Below are positions 18,657 to 27,520 of a DNA stretch of 64,000 nucleotides, in pieces. This DNA comes from Candidatus Binatia bacterium (lineage in GTDB: Bacteria; Desulfobacterota; Binatia; UBA9968; JAJDTQ01): positions 2,400,001-2,464,000 of the forward strand of contig OY762897.2 of assembly GCA_963666515.2 (NCBI GenBank), in the 5' to 3' direction. The notes below the pieces were generated by a model. It saw only the letters and a program-made list of their open reading frames with translations. It searched no databases and was not told the DNA's origin. The first letter of the stretch is position 1. Every line of letters begins with the position of its first letter. The translations under genes were made by a program, and so were the position numbers.

Positions 18657-18832
18657 CGTTCGCTCCCTCCTTGCACGGGTCTCCATCAAAGCTGCGGTAC
18701 GCGTTAGATTCGCCGGTGACAGATCCAACAGTCTGTATAGCGGCTGTCTGTCCTCCTTTCAGACTAAAACACTCGTCAGGTTCGTTCTGAGAAAGCCCCT
18801 AGCACGGCCTGGAAGTGAAAAACAACAAAAAA

Positions 18833-18952
18833 ATGAGAACGAATCCTCAACAACAAAAATAATGAGAACATATTCTCAATAAAGTTCCCGGACTTTACAA
18901 TGGGGACGAATTTCGTATCGTTCCCGGAGCTTCCATGAGAATAGACTCTCAA
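18833..18952. promoter_or_regulatory. Three palindromic TGAGA-N6-TCTCA operator-like boxes upstream of fmdA
   Basis: ATGAGAACGAATCCTCAA (18833), ATGAGAACATATTCTCAA (18862) and ATGAGAATAGACTCTCAA (18935) in an AT-rich intergenic region. Confidence 0.65.
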
Positions 18953-18982
18953 TATAGTTTGTGGATTTCTGGCAAGCAGGAA

Positions 18983-19438
18983 TCAGGAACACAGCCTGTG
19001 GCGCAGTTCCCGGAGGGCGAGTCGAAAAAGCTCGGGGTCCTTCGACAGGGCGGTCTTGTAAAGGGCATAGCGTTCGTGCCCCGCCCAACGGCCCCACTCG
19101 GCGAGGGTCACGGGCACGCCCTCCCCCTCGCTTCGCGCGGCTACCGAATCGGGCACCGAAGCGGCGGCCCACGCATCCGGGTCCATCGCCGGGCAACGCT
19201 CGGCCTCGACGCCGGCACGGGCCTCCGCCAGCGCGGCCATGAACGCGGCGAACACCTCCTTCTCCTCGTCGGTATCCGCCGGCAGATGACACAGCGCCCG
19301 GCGCTCCTCCAGGCTGAAGGCGCGCCAAGTGCTCAGCGACACCCGGACCCCCGCGAGGTCGAGCTTCATCCTGACGTGGAACGGCAGCCGCTCCAGCGTC
19401 GGATAGAACGCTGCCTCGAAATCGAAGCGGTAGAACAT
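18983..19438 (-). CDS. Nitrate reductase-associated protein family
   Basis: F.FE..F..TL.RLP..VRMKLDLAGV.VSL..W......ER..LC, ERYALYK. Confidence 0.75.
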   Translation of the reverse strand: MFYRFDFEAAFYPTLERLPFHVRMKLDLAGVRVSLSTWRAFSLEERRALCHLPADTDEEKEVFAAFMAALAEARAGVEAERCPAMDPDAWAAASVPDSVAARSEGEGVPVTLAEWGRWAGHERYALYKTALSKDPELFRLALRELRHRLCS

Positions 19439-19476
19439 ACGTGATCACCGTGCGGGCACGGGCAGCCGACCGCGGC

Positions 19477-20709
19477 TCATTTGAACGCCTGCTCCCTGCT
19501 GCCTTTCAGAAAGCGAATCCCCCATACCATCAGTATGGAAACGATGAAATTCCCGAAGGCGATCATGAACGGGACGGTATAGTTGCCGAAGATATCGTGC
19601 AGGAAGCCGCCGAGCCATATTCCCACCGCACCGCCGATGCCGATGCTCAGGGTAAAGTACCCGTAGATGGCGCCGAAGTCACGGCCCAGGAAGACATCCG
19701 CGGAGATGGCCGACAGCACCAGCGCCCTGGAACCCTGACCGAGCCCGTAGCACGCGGCGTAAGTGTACAGCAGTATGGGGTAGGCGGTGCTGTCGGCCGC
19801 CACCAGCGCCAGTATCCCCACCGACGAAACCACCTGGACCAGCGTGTACACCCACTGGTGGCTCAGCACGTCCGTCAGGTAACCGAACAGGACCCGGCCG
19901 AAGATGCTGAACACCCCCATGAGGCCAAGGACGGAGGCGGCAAAGAACGGCGTGTAGCCGATATCCACGGCGTGCGCCACCTGGTGGTTGGTGATGATCT
20001 GGTTGCCCATGCTGGCGACCACGCGCGACACGAACAGCAGCCAGAACATGGTGCTGGTCAACGCCTCCCAGACGGTCCACTCCCCGTTCGTCGCGGCGCC
20101 CCGCTCCTCCGACTTTTGCGGCATCGGCGCGTCGCGGGGCATGAAAACGACCGAAGGCAACACCACGAACAGGAAGGCCAGCGCTCCCATGCCGAAGTAG
20201 GCCAGCCGCCAACCCCATATGTCCACGAGCAACTGCGCCACGGGCAGGAGCGCGGCGATGCCGAGACCGCCGCCGGACCACGCAAGGCCCATGGCCAGAC
20301 CCCTGCGCCGGGTGAACTGCCGCGCGATGATGGCCACGTGGGGCACCATGCCCATGAGTCCGAGACCCAGCGCCGTCACCACGCCGACCCAGAGATAGAG
20401 CTGCCACAACGACGAGACCGTGCCGCTGAACCCGAGACCCGCGGCGAGCAGCAGGCCTCCCAGCACCAGGGTCTTGCGCGATCCCCAGCGGTCCACCAGG
20501 GAGCCCGCCAGCGGCATGGAGAACCCTTCCGCCAGCACCGAGATGGACAAGGCGGTGGCGGTGACCCCGCGGGACCACCCGAAGGCGTGGAGCAAGGCGA
20601 CGTAGAAAACCGCGTAGGCGCCCCGGATGCCGCGGTTGAAGCCCATATGCAGAAAGCCCAGGGCGACCTGGCCGACACGCTGCCCGGTGGTGGCTGTTGA
20701 CTCTTGAAT
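19477..20709 (-). CDS. MFS transporter (oxalate/formate antiporter-like)
   Basis: About 12 TM segments, GSLVDRWGSR, RRRGLAMG, GRVLFGYLTD. First ATG is at 20646; the frame is open to ATT at 20709, 8 nt after AGGAGGT. Confidence 0.85.
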   Translation of the reverse strand: MQESTATTGQRVGQVALGFLHMGFNRGIRGAYAVFYVALLHAFGWSRGVTATALSISVLAEGFSMPLAGSLVDRWGSRKTLVLGGLLLAAGLGFSGTVSSLWQLYLWVGVVTALGLGLMGMVPHVAIIARQFTRRRGLAMGLAWSGGGLGIAALLPVAQLLVDIWGWRLAYFGMGALAFLFVVLPSVVFMPRDAPMPQKSEERGAATNGEWTVWEALTSTMFWLLFVSRVVASMGNQIITNHQVAHAVDIGYTPFFAASVLGLMGVFSIFGRVLFGYLTDVLSHQWVYTLVQVVSSVGILALVAADSTAYPILLYTYAACYGLGQGSRALVLSAISADVFLGRDFGAIYGYFTLSIGIGGAVGIWLGGFLHDIFGNYTVPFMIAFGNFIVSILMVWGIRFLKGSREQAFK

Positions 20710-20768
20710 GTTAGTCTACCTCCTGCGCGGATCCGTGAGGTCCCGCGTTCGTTCCCGCCCCGCCTCTC

Positions 20769-20871
20769 CTGGACTCCGTATCACGCCTGGGGTGACGCTT
20801 TCCGTCATTCCGGGCTTGACCCGGAATCCAGACGCCCGTTCTCTGGACCCCGGATCAAGTCCGGGGTGACG
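20769..20871. repeat. REP cluster (one degenerate copy plus an inverted pair, REPIN/BIME-like), family A
   Basis: CGTCATTCCGGGCTTGACCCGGAATCCAG ... CTGGACCCCGGATCAAGTCCGGGGTGACG. Confidence 0.8.
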
Positions 20872-20901
20872 GTGGGTATCACCGCGGTGACGGATGCGGG
20901 G

Positions 20902-21759
20902 CTACAGAAACTCGTTGGTCCACGCGTCGTATCGATCCTGGCCCAACACGAGCTTCATCAGATCCGGGGACGCGGCCTGCTCCTTGAGCGCTCCGGGCGG
21001 GCGCCCGTCCCGCAGGTGCGCGTACGAAGCCTGGAGGGCCTGCACCGCCACCTGGAACGGCATGTGGCCCTGGAGGGCGATGCGGACGCTGTTGGCGGCG
21101 AGGAACTCCCGGTCATGAAGCTCCGGCGGGGTGGTGCCCAACACCACCGGCAGGTTGGTCATGGCATGGATGGCGGCCACCTGTTCGCGGGTCCGGACGC
21201 CGGTGAAGAAAACTCCGTCGGCGGCGGCCTCCTCGCATGCCTTCACGCGCTCGGCCAGCGCCTTCTCTCCTTGGCTCGGCAGCACGCCGGTCCTGCCCAG
21301 GATTACCAGCTCCGGGTCCGACCGGGCCGACACAGCGGCGCGGACCTTGCCAGAGAACTCCTCGATCGAGATGAACTCGTCCTTTTGCGTGCCGAAGCCC
21401 TTGGGCAGGCGCGTGTCCTCGATGGTCAGGGCCGCCACCCCCGCGGCCTCCAGCTCCTCCACCGTCCTCATCACGCTCAGGGCATTGCCGTAGCCGTGAT
21501 CCGCGTCCACCATCAGCGGGAACCCCGCGGCCCGGACGATGCGGCGCGCCTGCTCGGCAAACTCCGTCAGGGTCAGAACGACGATGTCCGGCGCCCCCAG
21601 CACCGTGGCGGAGGCGGTGGACCCCGCCAGCATGCCGATCTCGAATCCGGCGGCTTCGGCGAGCCGGGCCGACACCGGATCGAACACGGATGCCGGGTGA
21701 TAGCAGGCGGTGTCCTGCAGCAGCTCGCGATACTGCCGGCGGCGTTCGGTGGCGGTCAC
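20902..21759 (-). CDS. Isocitrate lyase/PEP mutase family enzyme, oxaloacetate decarboxylase-like
   Basis: PASVFDPVSARLA, LGAPD, LMVDADHGYGNALSVMRTVEELE.AGVAALTIEDT. Confidence 0.88.
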   Translation of the reverse strand: MTATERRRQYRELLQDTACYHPASVFDPVSARLAEAAGFEIGMLAGSTASATVLGAPDIVVLTLTEFAEQARRIVRAAGFPLMVDADHGYGNALSVMRTVEELEAAGVAALTIEDTRLPKGFGTQKDEFISIEEFSGKVRAAVSARSDPELVILGRTGVLPSQGEKALAERVKACEEAAADGVFFTGVRTREQVAAIHAMTNLPVVLGTTPPELHDREFLAANSVRIALQGHMPFQVAVQALQASYAHLRDGRPPGALKEQAASPDLMKLVLGQDRYDAWTNEFL

Positions 21760-21850
21760 GGCGTTCTCCCAGTGTTGCGTTCCAAATACGCTGACGAATA
21801 TGCGCAGTATCTGTTCCGTGCTCCGCCGAGCGCGAACACCAGGCCGCGGT

Positions 21851-22837
21851 TCAATGGCTTGGATTCAATCGCAGGTAGTCGTAGCGGTCGCCCGACACGA
21901 CCCGCACCTCTTCGACCCGAATCCCCTTGAGGAGGTTGAGCGGGACGCTGACCCCGGGGGCGCCGAGCGCCCAGACCTTGCGGTAGATGTCGGAAAGCCC
22001 CTCCACCGGAGCGCCTCCGACCCCCGCGATGAGGTCACCCGGACGGAGCCCGGCCTGCGCGGCCGGCCCTCCCCTGGATACACGACGGATGATCACGTGT
22101 CCACCCGCCTCTTCCATCTGCGCGCCCAGCCACGGCCTGGGCTTGGCGCCGGATCTCCCCTTCTGCGTGAGGTCCGAAAGGATCGGCTTCAGCAGGTCGA
22201 TGGGCACGAACATGTTGCCCGGCACGGGTTGACCGAGAATCGCCTCCGGCACCTGCAGCGAGCCGATCCCCAGCAGCCGGCCGCTCCGGTCGATCAACGC
22301 GGCCCCGCCGAAGTTGGCGTGGTGCGGCGCGGTGAAGATGGCCCGCTCCAGCAGGTATTCCCAGTAGCCGGCGAACTCCCGGCGCGACACCACGTAGGCG
22401 CCCTGCCCCGTGGGGCCGCTTCCCCCGTAGCTGAGGATCAGGGCCTCCGCGCCCCTATCCAGGTCTGCCGACAACCCGAGCGGAAGAGGCTTGGCGTCCG
22501 GCGCCGCGGACAGGGCACGGAGCAGGCCGAAACCCGTGGCGTGATCGTAACCCAGGACCTTGGCCGGCACCGTGCGTCCGGCGAAGTCGGTGACCTGCAC
22601 CCGCGACGCCTCGAGAATCATGTAGCCGATGGTCAGGATGAGACCGTTGGGGTCGATGATCACCCCGCTCCCTTGCCGCAAAGGACCGAGGGAAGCCGCG
22701 GTGCGCGCCTCCGCCGGAATCTCTGCCTGGACCTTGACGACGGAGTTGAGGGTTTCGGCGGTAAACTCCTGACTCCCGACGTGCGCCGGCATCGCCAGCA
22801 CAAGGGCAAGGATGACAACGAGACCTGCCTTTCCCAT
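21851..22837 (-). CDS. S1C (HtrA-like) protease-fold protein with PDZ domain
   Basis: GSGVIID..GLILTIGY, GYDHATGFGL, NFGGAALID..GRLLGI, RPWLG, GPAAQAGLRPGDLI. Confidence 0.85.
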   Translation of the reverse strand: MGKAGLVVILALVLAMPAHVGSQEFTAETLNSVVKVQAEIPAEARTAASLGPLRQGSGVIIDPNGLILTIGYMILEASRVQVTDFAGRTVPAKVLGYDHATGFGLLRALSAAPDAKPLPLGLSADLDRGAEALILSYGGSGPTGQGAYVVSRREFAGYWEYLLERAIFTAPHHANFGGAALIDRSGRLLGIGSLQVPEAILGQPVPGNMFVPIDLLKPILSDLTQKGRSGAKPRPWLGAQMEEAGGHVIIRRVSRGGPAAQAGLRPGDLIAGVGGAPVEGLSDIYRKVWALGAPGVSVPLNLLKGIRVEEVRVVSGDRYDYLRLNPSH

Positions 22838-22966
22838 AAGACACCTCCAGACCGGACCGCAGCTCTCCGGCAGCCGATACCGCCCCTATTGTACAAGGGA
22901 CACCATGCTATAATCCATCCAGAAAACGTGTCCAGCCAAGCAGAAAGCGAAAAATCCTCACCCCGG

Positions 22967-23914
22967 ATGGACCCACGCATGCCCGCCCGGATTCGTGTCG
23001 GCGTCAGTAGCTGCCTCCTGGGGCACTTGGTCCGCTACGACGGCGGCCACAAGCGCCACCGGGCGGTCACCGATACGCTGTCGCGCCTGTTCGAGATCGT
23101 TGCCGTGTGCCCGGAGATGGAGGTGGGAATGGGGGCGCCGCGGGAGCCCGTGGACCTCGTCGGAGACCCCCGGGCGCCCCGCATGGTCGGACAAGGCTCC
23201 GGCAGGGACTGGACCGCGGTCATGCGACGATACGGACGACGGCGGGCGGCCGAGATCGAGAAGCTGGAGGTGTCGGGCTTCGTTCTCAAGAAGGGTTCGC
23301 CGAGCTGCGGGCCGGACGGCGTGCCGGTTCACGCGGAGTCCGGAAAGGCTCGCCGCAACGGCATCGGCCTGTTCGCGCGGGCGCTGGCGGACGCCCTGCC
23401 GCTGATGCCCGTGGAAGCGGAGGACGGGCTGGAGGACGCGTCGCTGTGCGAGAATTTCGTCGAGCGCGTCCACGGATACCGGGCATGGCGCGACTGTGCT
23501 CGCGGCGGACCGTCGCTGCCTGATCTCATGGACTTCCACGCGTCCCACAAGCTGACCCTGCTGGCCCACAGCGAAAGACACCTGCGGCTCCTGGGACGCC
23601 TGCTGGCGGAAGCGGAAAACAGCTCGCGGGAAGCGGTGACGACGCGATACGGCAGCGTCTTCATGGAGGCCCTGGCGCAGCCGGCGACGAGAAAGACCCG
23701 GACCAACGCGCTCCAGCACCTGACGGGCTTCCTGTCGAGCAGGTTGGACCGCGAAGAGCGCGGGCGGCTCGCCGCGCTGGTCGACGACTATCGCCTTGGA
23801 CGGGTCCCCCTGTCCGCGCCCCTGGACGCCATACGCCGACACGCGGCCGAACATCAGGCCGGGTACGTGCTGCGCCAGAGTTTCCTGCGCGCGGACCGGA
23901 TGCCGGACTCGTGA
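22967..23914 (+). CDS. DUF523/DUF1722 protein (2-thiouracil desulfurase/YbgA-like)
   Basis: VGVSSCLLG..VRYDGGH, VCPEMEVGMGAPRE, KKGSPSCG, FHASHKLTLLAHS, NALQH. Confidence 0.9.
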   Translation: MDPRMPARIRVGVSSCLLGHLVRYDGGHKRHRAVTDTLSRLFEIVAVCPEMEVGMGAPREPVDLVGDPRAPRMVGQGSGRDWTAVMRRYGRRRAAEIEKLEVSGFVLKKGSPSCGPDGVPVHAESGKARRNGIGLFARALADALPLMPVEAEDGLEDASLCENFVERVHGYRAWRDCARGGPSLPDLMDFHASHKLTLLAHSERHLRLLGRLLAEAENSSREAVTTRYGSVFMEALAQPATRKTRTNALQHLTGFLSSRLDREERGRLAALVDDYRLGRVPLSAPLDAIRRHAAEHQAGYVLRQSFLRADRMPDS

Positions 23915-23968
23915 CGCACGGCAGACGCGTGTCCACGAGCGCCGGCGTCGCCTCCTTGAAGTCCGCGC

Positions 23969-24796
23969 TCAGGCTGTCCCGTTGGCGAGGATTCCGTGCA
24001 GGTAGAGGTGCAGCACGGGCATGTCCTCGGGCGCGTCGGGCGCCACGCGCTTGCCGAATTCGTAAAGGCTGCCGAGCTGCACCGCCTTCAGGCCCGTGCG
24101 TTCCTCGAGAACGGAGAGGTCGTTGAAGCCGGTGAGCCATTTGACGTTCAGGGTGTTCTGGAACTTGTCGGTGGTGGCGGTGACCCTGTCGTCGCCGGTG
24201 GTCCGGTCGATGATCCTCCTGTCGAAGAAATCGAAGGCGATGCGGAAGGACCGTATCCCGCCGCGCAGCCGGTTGAGGAAGCCGTAGATCAGGTCCTCCG
24301 GCAGGTACATGGTGTTGCCTTCCCAGATGATCAGCATGGGCGCGTCGAGATCGAATCCCACCTCCGCCAGCTTCGCGGCCAGGTCCACCTCCAGATAGTT
24401 GCACGGGATGCCCGCCGACGGGGTCACGCCGCGGGCTTCCAGCAACCTGCTCTTGAACGCCAGCACCGCGGGCTGATCGACGTCGCAGAAACGCACGCCC
24501 TCGCTCTGAAATATCTGAGGCCGCATGTCGAATCCGGCGCCGAGGATGACGACCTGCCGTATGCCGTTCTCGATCTCGTTGTGGGTGATCTCGTCGAACA
24601 GAGCGGAACGGTAGCGGACCAGCTCCAACCCTTCCGGCAGATCCGCGAACACGTGGCGGACCTTGGCCCGGACCTCGTCGTTGACGAACCACTCCGCGTA
24701 GGGGTCCCTGAACAGCGGATGTTCCCGGTCCTTCTCCTGCTCACGGATGCCCGCGATGAAGAATGCTGTAGCGCCGACTTCGTTGATGTCCGACAT
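23969..24796 (-). CDS. SAM-dependent methyltransferase (LCM/TIGR00027-like)
   Basis: VGATA....GIR..E, LFRDPYA, QVVILGAGFD.R, DVDQP.V...K, IWEGNTMYL. Confidence 0.88.
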   Translation of the reverse strand: MSDINEVGATAFFIAGIREQEKDREHPLFRDPYAEWFVNDEVRAKVRHVFADLPEGLELVRYRSALFDEITHNEIENGIRQVVILGAGFDMRPQIFQSEGVRFCDVDQPAVLAFKSRLLEARGVTPSAGIPCNYLEVDLAAKLAEVGFDLDAPMLIIWEGNTMYLPEDLIYGFLNRLRGGIRSFRIAFDFFDRRIIDRTTGDDRVTATTDKFQNTLNVKWLTGFNDLSVLEERTGLKAVQLGSLYEFGKRVAPDAPEDMPVLHLYLHGILANGTA

Positions 24797-24889
24797 GATG
24801 AACCCTCCTTACCCCGGATGATAACCGGAAATCTCCGCGGCGCAAACGCAGAGGACACCCCCGGCGGAGAGCTGCCGGCGGTTCCTCGA

Positions 24890-25774
24890 CTACGACAGAT
24901 GCTTCCTGAAGAAGGCCACGGTCCGCTCCCACGCGAGTTTCGCCGCGGCGGCGTCGTAGCGGGGCGTCGAATTGTTGTGGAAGCCGTGGCGCGTGCCGGG
25001 ATAGACATGCGCCTCGTACGGCACGCCGTTGGCCTTCAGGGCGGCCTCGTAGGCCGGAGCCTGCTTGTTGATGCGCGGGTCGTTCTCCGCGTAGTGGATC
25101 AACAGCGCCGCCTTGATCCTGGCGACGTCGTCGGCCGACTTCGGGGCGGAGCCATAGAACGGCACTCCGGCGCTCAGGTCGCTTCCCATCTGCACCGCGA
25201 GGAAGTTGACCACGCCTCCGCCGAAGCAGAAGCCGGTGGCCCCCAGCTTGCCGTTGGACAGCTCGTGGCCCTTGAGATACCGCGCGCTGTTGAGGAGGTC
25301 CGTCCGCAGCTTGCCGCGGTCGAGGCTCCGCTGCATCTTCTTGCCGTCGTCGTCGTTGCCCGGATAGCCGCCGATGGGCGAGAGGCCGTCCGGCGCCAGC
25401 GCGAGAAACCCCGCCACCGCGGCACGCCGGGCGACATCCTCGATATGCGGGTTCAGGCCCCGGTTCTCGTGAACGACGAGAACGGCAGGATACGGGCCCG
25501 CCCCGGCCGGCGCCACCAGATAGCCGCGCATCTTGCCGGAGTTGCCGCCGGGCGAATCGTACGTGACGTAGCGCGCCTTGATACGCTTGTCGGTGAAGGA
25601 GATCGTCTGCGCCCTAGCGTAGCGCGGCAGCATCGCCTGGGCCATCGCCAGCGCCGACCCGCCGACAACGACGAGGGCGGCCGCCCGCCGAAGGAACTCG
25701 CGGCGCTCCATGCTGCTGTGGCAGTACTCGTCATACAGGTCGTAGACCTGCGGATCGATCAGATTCCTGTCCAT
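24890..25774 (-). CDS. Dienelactone hydrolase family protein (YghX-like, Tat-type RR motif)
   Basis: LYDEYCH..MERREFL, VVHENRGLNPHIEDVARR, GFCFGG, HGFHNNSTPRYD. Confidence 0.92.
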   Translation of the reverse strand: MDRNLIDPQVYDLYDEYCHSSMERREFLRRAAALVVVGGSALAMAQAMLPRYARAQTISFTDKRIKARYVTYDSPGGNSGKMRGYLVAPAGAGPYPAVLVVHENRGLNPHIEDVARRAAVAGFLALAPDGLSPIGGYPGNDDDGKKMQRSLDRGKLRTDLLNSARYLKGHELSNGKLGATGFCFGGGVVNFLAVQMGSDLSAGVPFYGSAPKSADDVARIKAALLIHYAENDPRINKQAPAYEAALKANGVPYEAHVYPGTRHGFHNNSTPRYDAAAAKLAWERTVAFFRKHLS

Positions 25775-25924
25775 GACATGCCTCCCTTTTCTTTCAGCAC
25801 GGTTCTTTCAACGTCGCCGAGCCCCGCCTCCGGGACACCCGATCCTGAAGCCATTTTAGGGCGAAGAATTCAAAGCGCAACGCCAAGGCTGCTCGCGGGC
25901 GATGGAGAACTGGTTGGGGTCAGT

Positions 25925-26100
25925 TTTTCTCCGACCTTTTCTCCGACCTTTTCTCCGACCTTTTCTCCGACCTTTTCTCCGACCTTTTCTCCGACCTTTT
26001 CTCCGACCTTTTCTCCGACCTTTTCTCCGACCTTTTCTCCGACCTTTTCTCCGACCTTTACCGACCTTTCTACCGACGTTTTACCGACGTTTTACCGACA
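25925..26100. repeat. Tandem repeat: 11 perfect copies of TTTTCTCCGACC plus about 4 degenerate copies
   Basis: Perfect 12-mers at 25925-26056, then TTTACCGACC, TTTCTACCGACG, TTTTACCGACG, TTTTACCGACA. Confidence 0.97.
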
Positions 26101-26182
26101 TCGCCTTCCAAGATACGTTTTGCCCCAGCCCCAGTTCCGAAGCCGCCCTCCTCGTATCCCGGTTTCCTGCACACACAGGATC

Positions 26183-27364
26183 TCAGATCGGCGGACGGCT
26201 GTTTTCGCCGTACCCCGTAAGTTCCACGTACCCCTGGCCGATGCGTTCACCGCTTTCGGATTCGACCCGGACCGAGCCTTCCCAGTAGAACAGGTTCGGG
26301 ATCAGGGCGCTGCGGTTCTCCTGATCCGGCAGCTTGGGGGTGATCACGGCGCTGATGCCGGCGGACGGGATGTCGAGGTCCCATCGACCGGGATAGGCCG
26401 CGCGCGAGACGGGGCTGGTCCATTCCGCGATGGCTTTCAACTTCCATTCATCGGGAAGCAGATAGCGGACGGCGCCCTCGGGGTCCACGAGCGTAGCGCC
26501 GGCATAACGGGTGCCGCTGTCGCGGTTTCGGAGGACGTAGAGCATGACCTCGCGGCCGTCGTCGAGTTGCAGGCTGAACCAGTCCCACCCTTGCGTGTCC
26601 CCGCCGAGCTGGTTGGAGCCGAATTCCTTGTCCATCCAGCTCGTACCGCTGACCTCCCACTCCTTTCCGTCCAAGCGGACCTTCCCCGTGGTGGCCATGC
26701 GGGTGAGGCTGTAGTAGTGGCTGGCCTCGGTGGCGCCCTCCCCTTTGCGGCTCAGGCCGCCGGGACCCTGGAACACCACGGGCTTGAGCGGACGGGTGGA
26801 GAGGCTGAAACCGAAGGACCGTCCGGTGTCGGCCATGGTGAAGTCGAAGCCCTTGCCGTTCCAACGGAGCTGCCATTCTCCTGGTGTCCCCGGGGGACCG
26901 ACACTCCAGGCTATGCGCGGCTCCGGGTGGCGGCCGAAGCCGGCCAGGAGCGGAGCCGCCCGCACCACCACCTCGCTGAACCGGTGGCGGCCGGTGTCCA
27001 ACTCAGTGACGGCGGCGTGGCCCATGATGATGTTGCCGGCGGCCCATGCGGAACCGGGCGGCGGCGCATCCTTCGACACGCCGATCCTGAAGAACGTGAA
27101 CTGGTAGCCCAGGCGCCGGGCGGGCTCCCCGGCGGTGCGCAGGTGGCCAGTGAAGTACCACCATTCGGTCTTGTAGCCGTCGCGTACCCAGTGGTCTTGC
27201 GGGAACGACCAGACGTAGCCGGGTCGGGCCGGGGTCCAGGCATAGGCCATAAAGTCGGACCACGACATGACGGGCAGCAGCACAAGAACGCACGTCAGTA
27301 GGCCGTTACGGCACCGACCATGCCCGAGGTCCCTGCGCTGAGGCCGAGACGACTTCGGGCTCAT
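26183..27364 (-). CDS. AttH / carotenoid 1,2-hydratase-like lipocalin-fold protein
   Basis: SFPQDH....YKTEWWYFTGHL, GYQFTFFR, ASHYYSLTR, SWMDKEF, GWDWFSLQL, YWEG, GQGYVELTGY; start codon uncertain. Confidence 0.88.
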   Translation of the reverse strand: MSPKSSRPQRRDLGHGRCRNGLLTCVLVLLPVMSWSDFMAYAWTPARPGYVWSFPQDHWVRDGYKTEWWYFTGHLRTAGEPARRLGYQFTFFRIGVSKDAPPPGSAWAAGNIIMGHAAVTELDTGRHRFSEVVVRAAPLLAGFGRHPEPRIAWSVGPPGTPGEWQLRWNGKGFDFTMADTGRSFGFSLSTRPLKPVVFQGPGGLSRKGEGATEASHYYSLTRMATTGKVRLDGKEWEVSGTSWMDKEFGSNQLGGDTQGWDWFSLQLDDGREVMLYVLRNRDSGTRYAGATLVDPEGAVRYLLPDEWKLKAIAEWTSPVSRAAYPGRWDLDIPSAGISAVITPKLPDQENRSALIPNLFYWEGSVRVESESGERIGQGYVELTGYGENSRPPI

Positions 27365-27520
27365 TACACACCTTGCATCTCTGCGCTGGTCGTAGGTGTT
27401 CTTTCGGCTGGGCATGATCTGTCTGTCGGCGTAGGACTCGAACCTTTCGACGAAGTAACAGGGTCGTCGGATTACCGCTCGACGGCTGGGGTCAGATAGG
27501 ACGCGAATTGTACTGAAACG

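Noticed and set aside
25925-26056. Tandem repeat as a CRISPR array or replication iterons
   Set aside because: Head-to-tail 12-mers with no spacers, and no cas or rep gene in the window
27424-27445. AGGTTCGAGTCCTACGCCGACAG on the minus strand, resembling a tRNA T-arm/att remnant at the kinase-cassette edge
   Set aside because: Only a 3-bp T-stem, no D or anticodon arms, no CCA and no second copy seen
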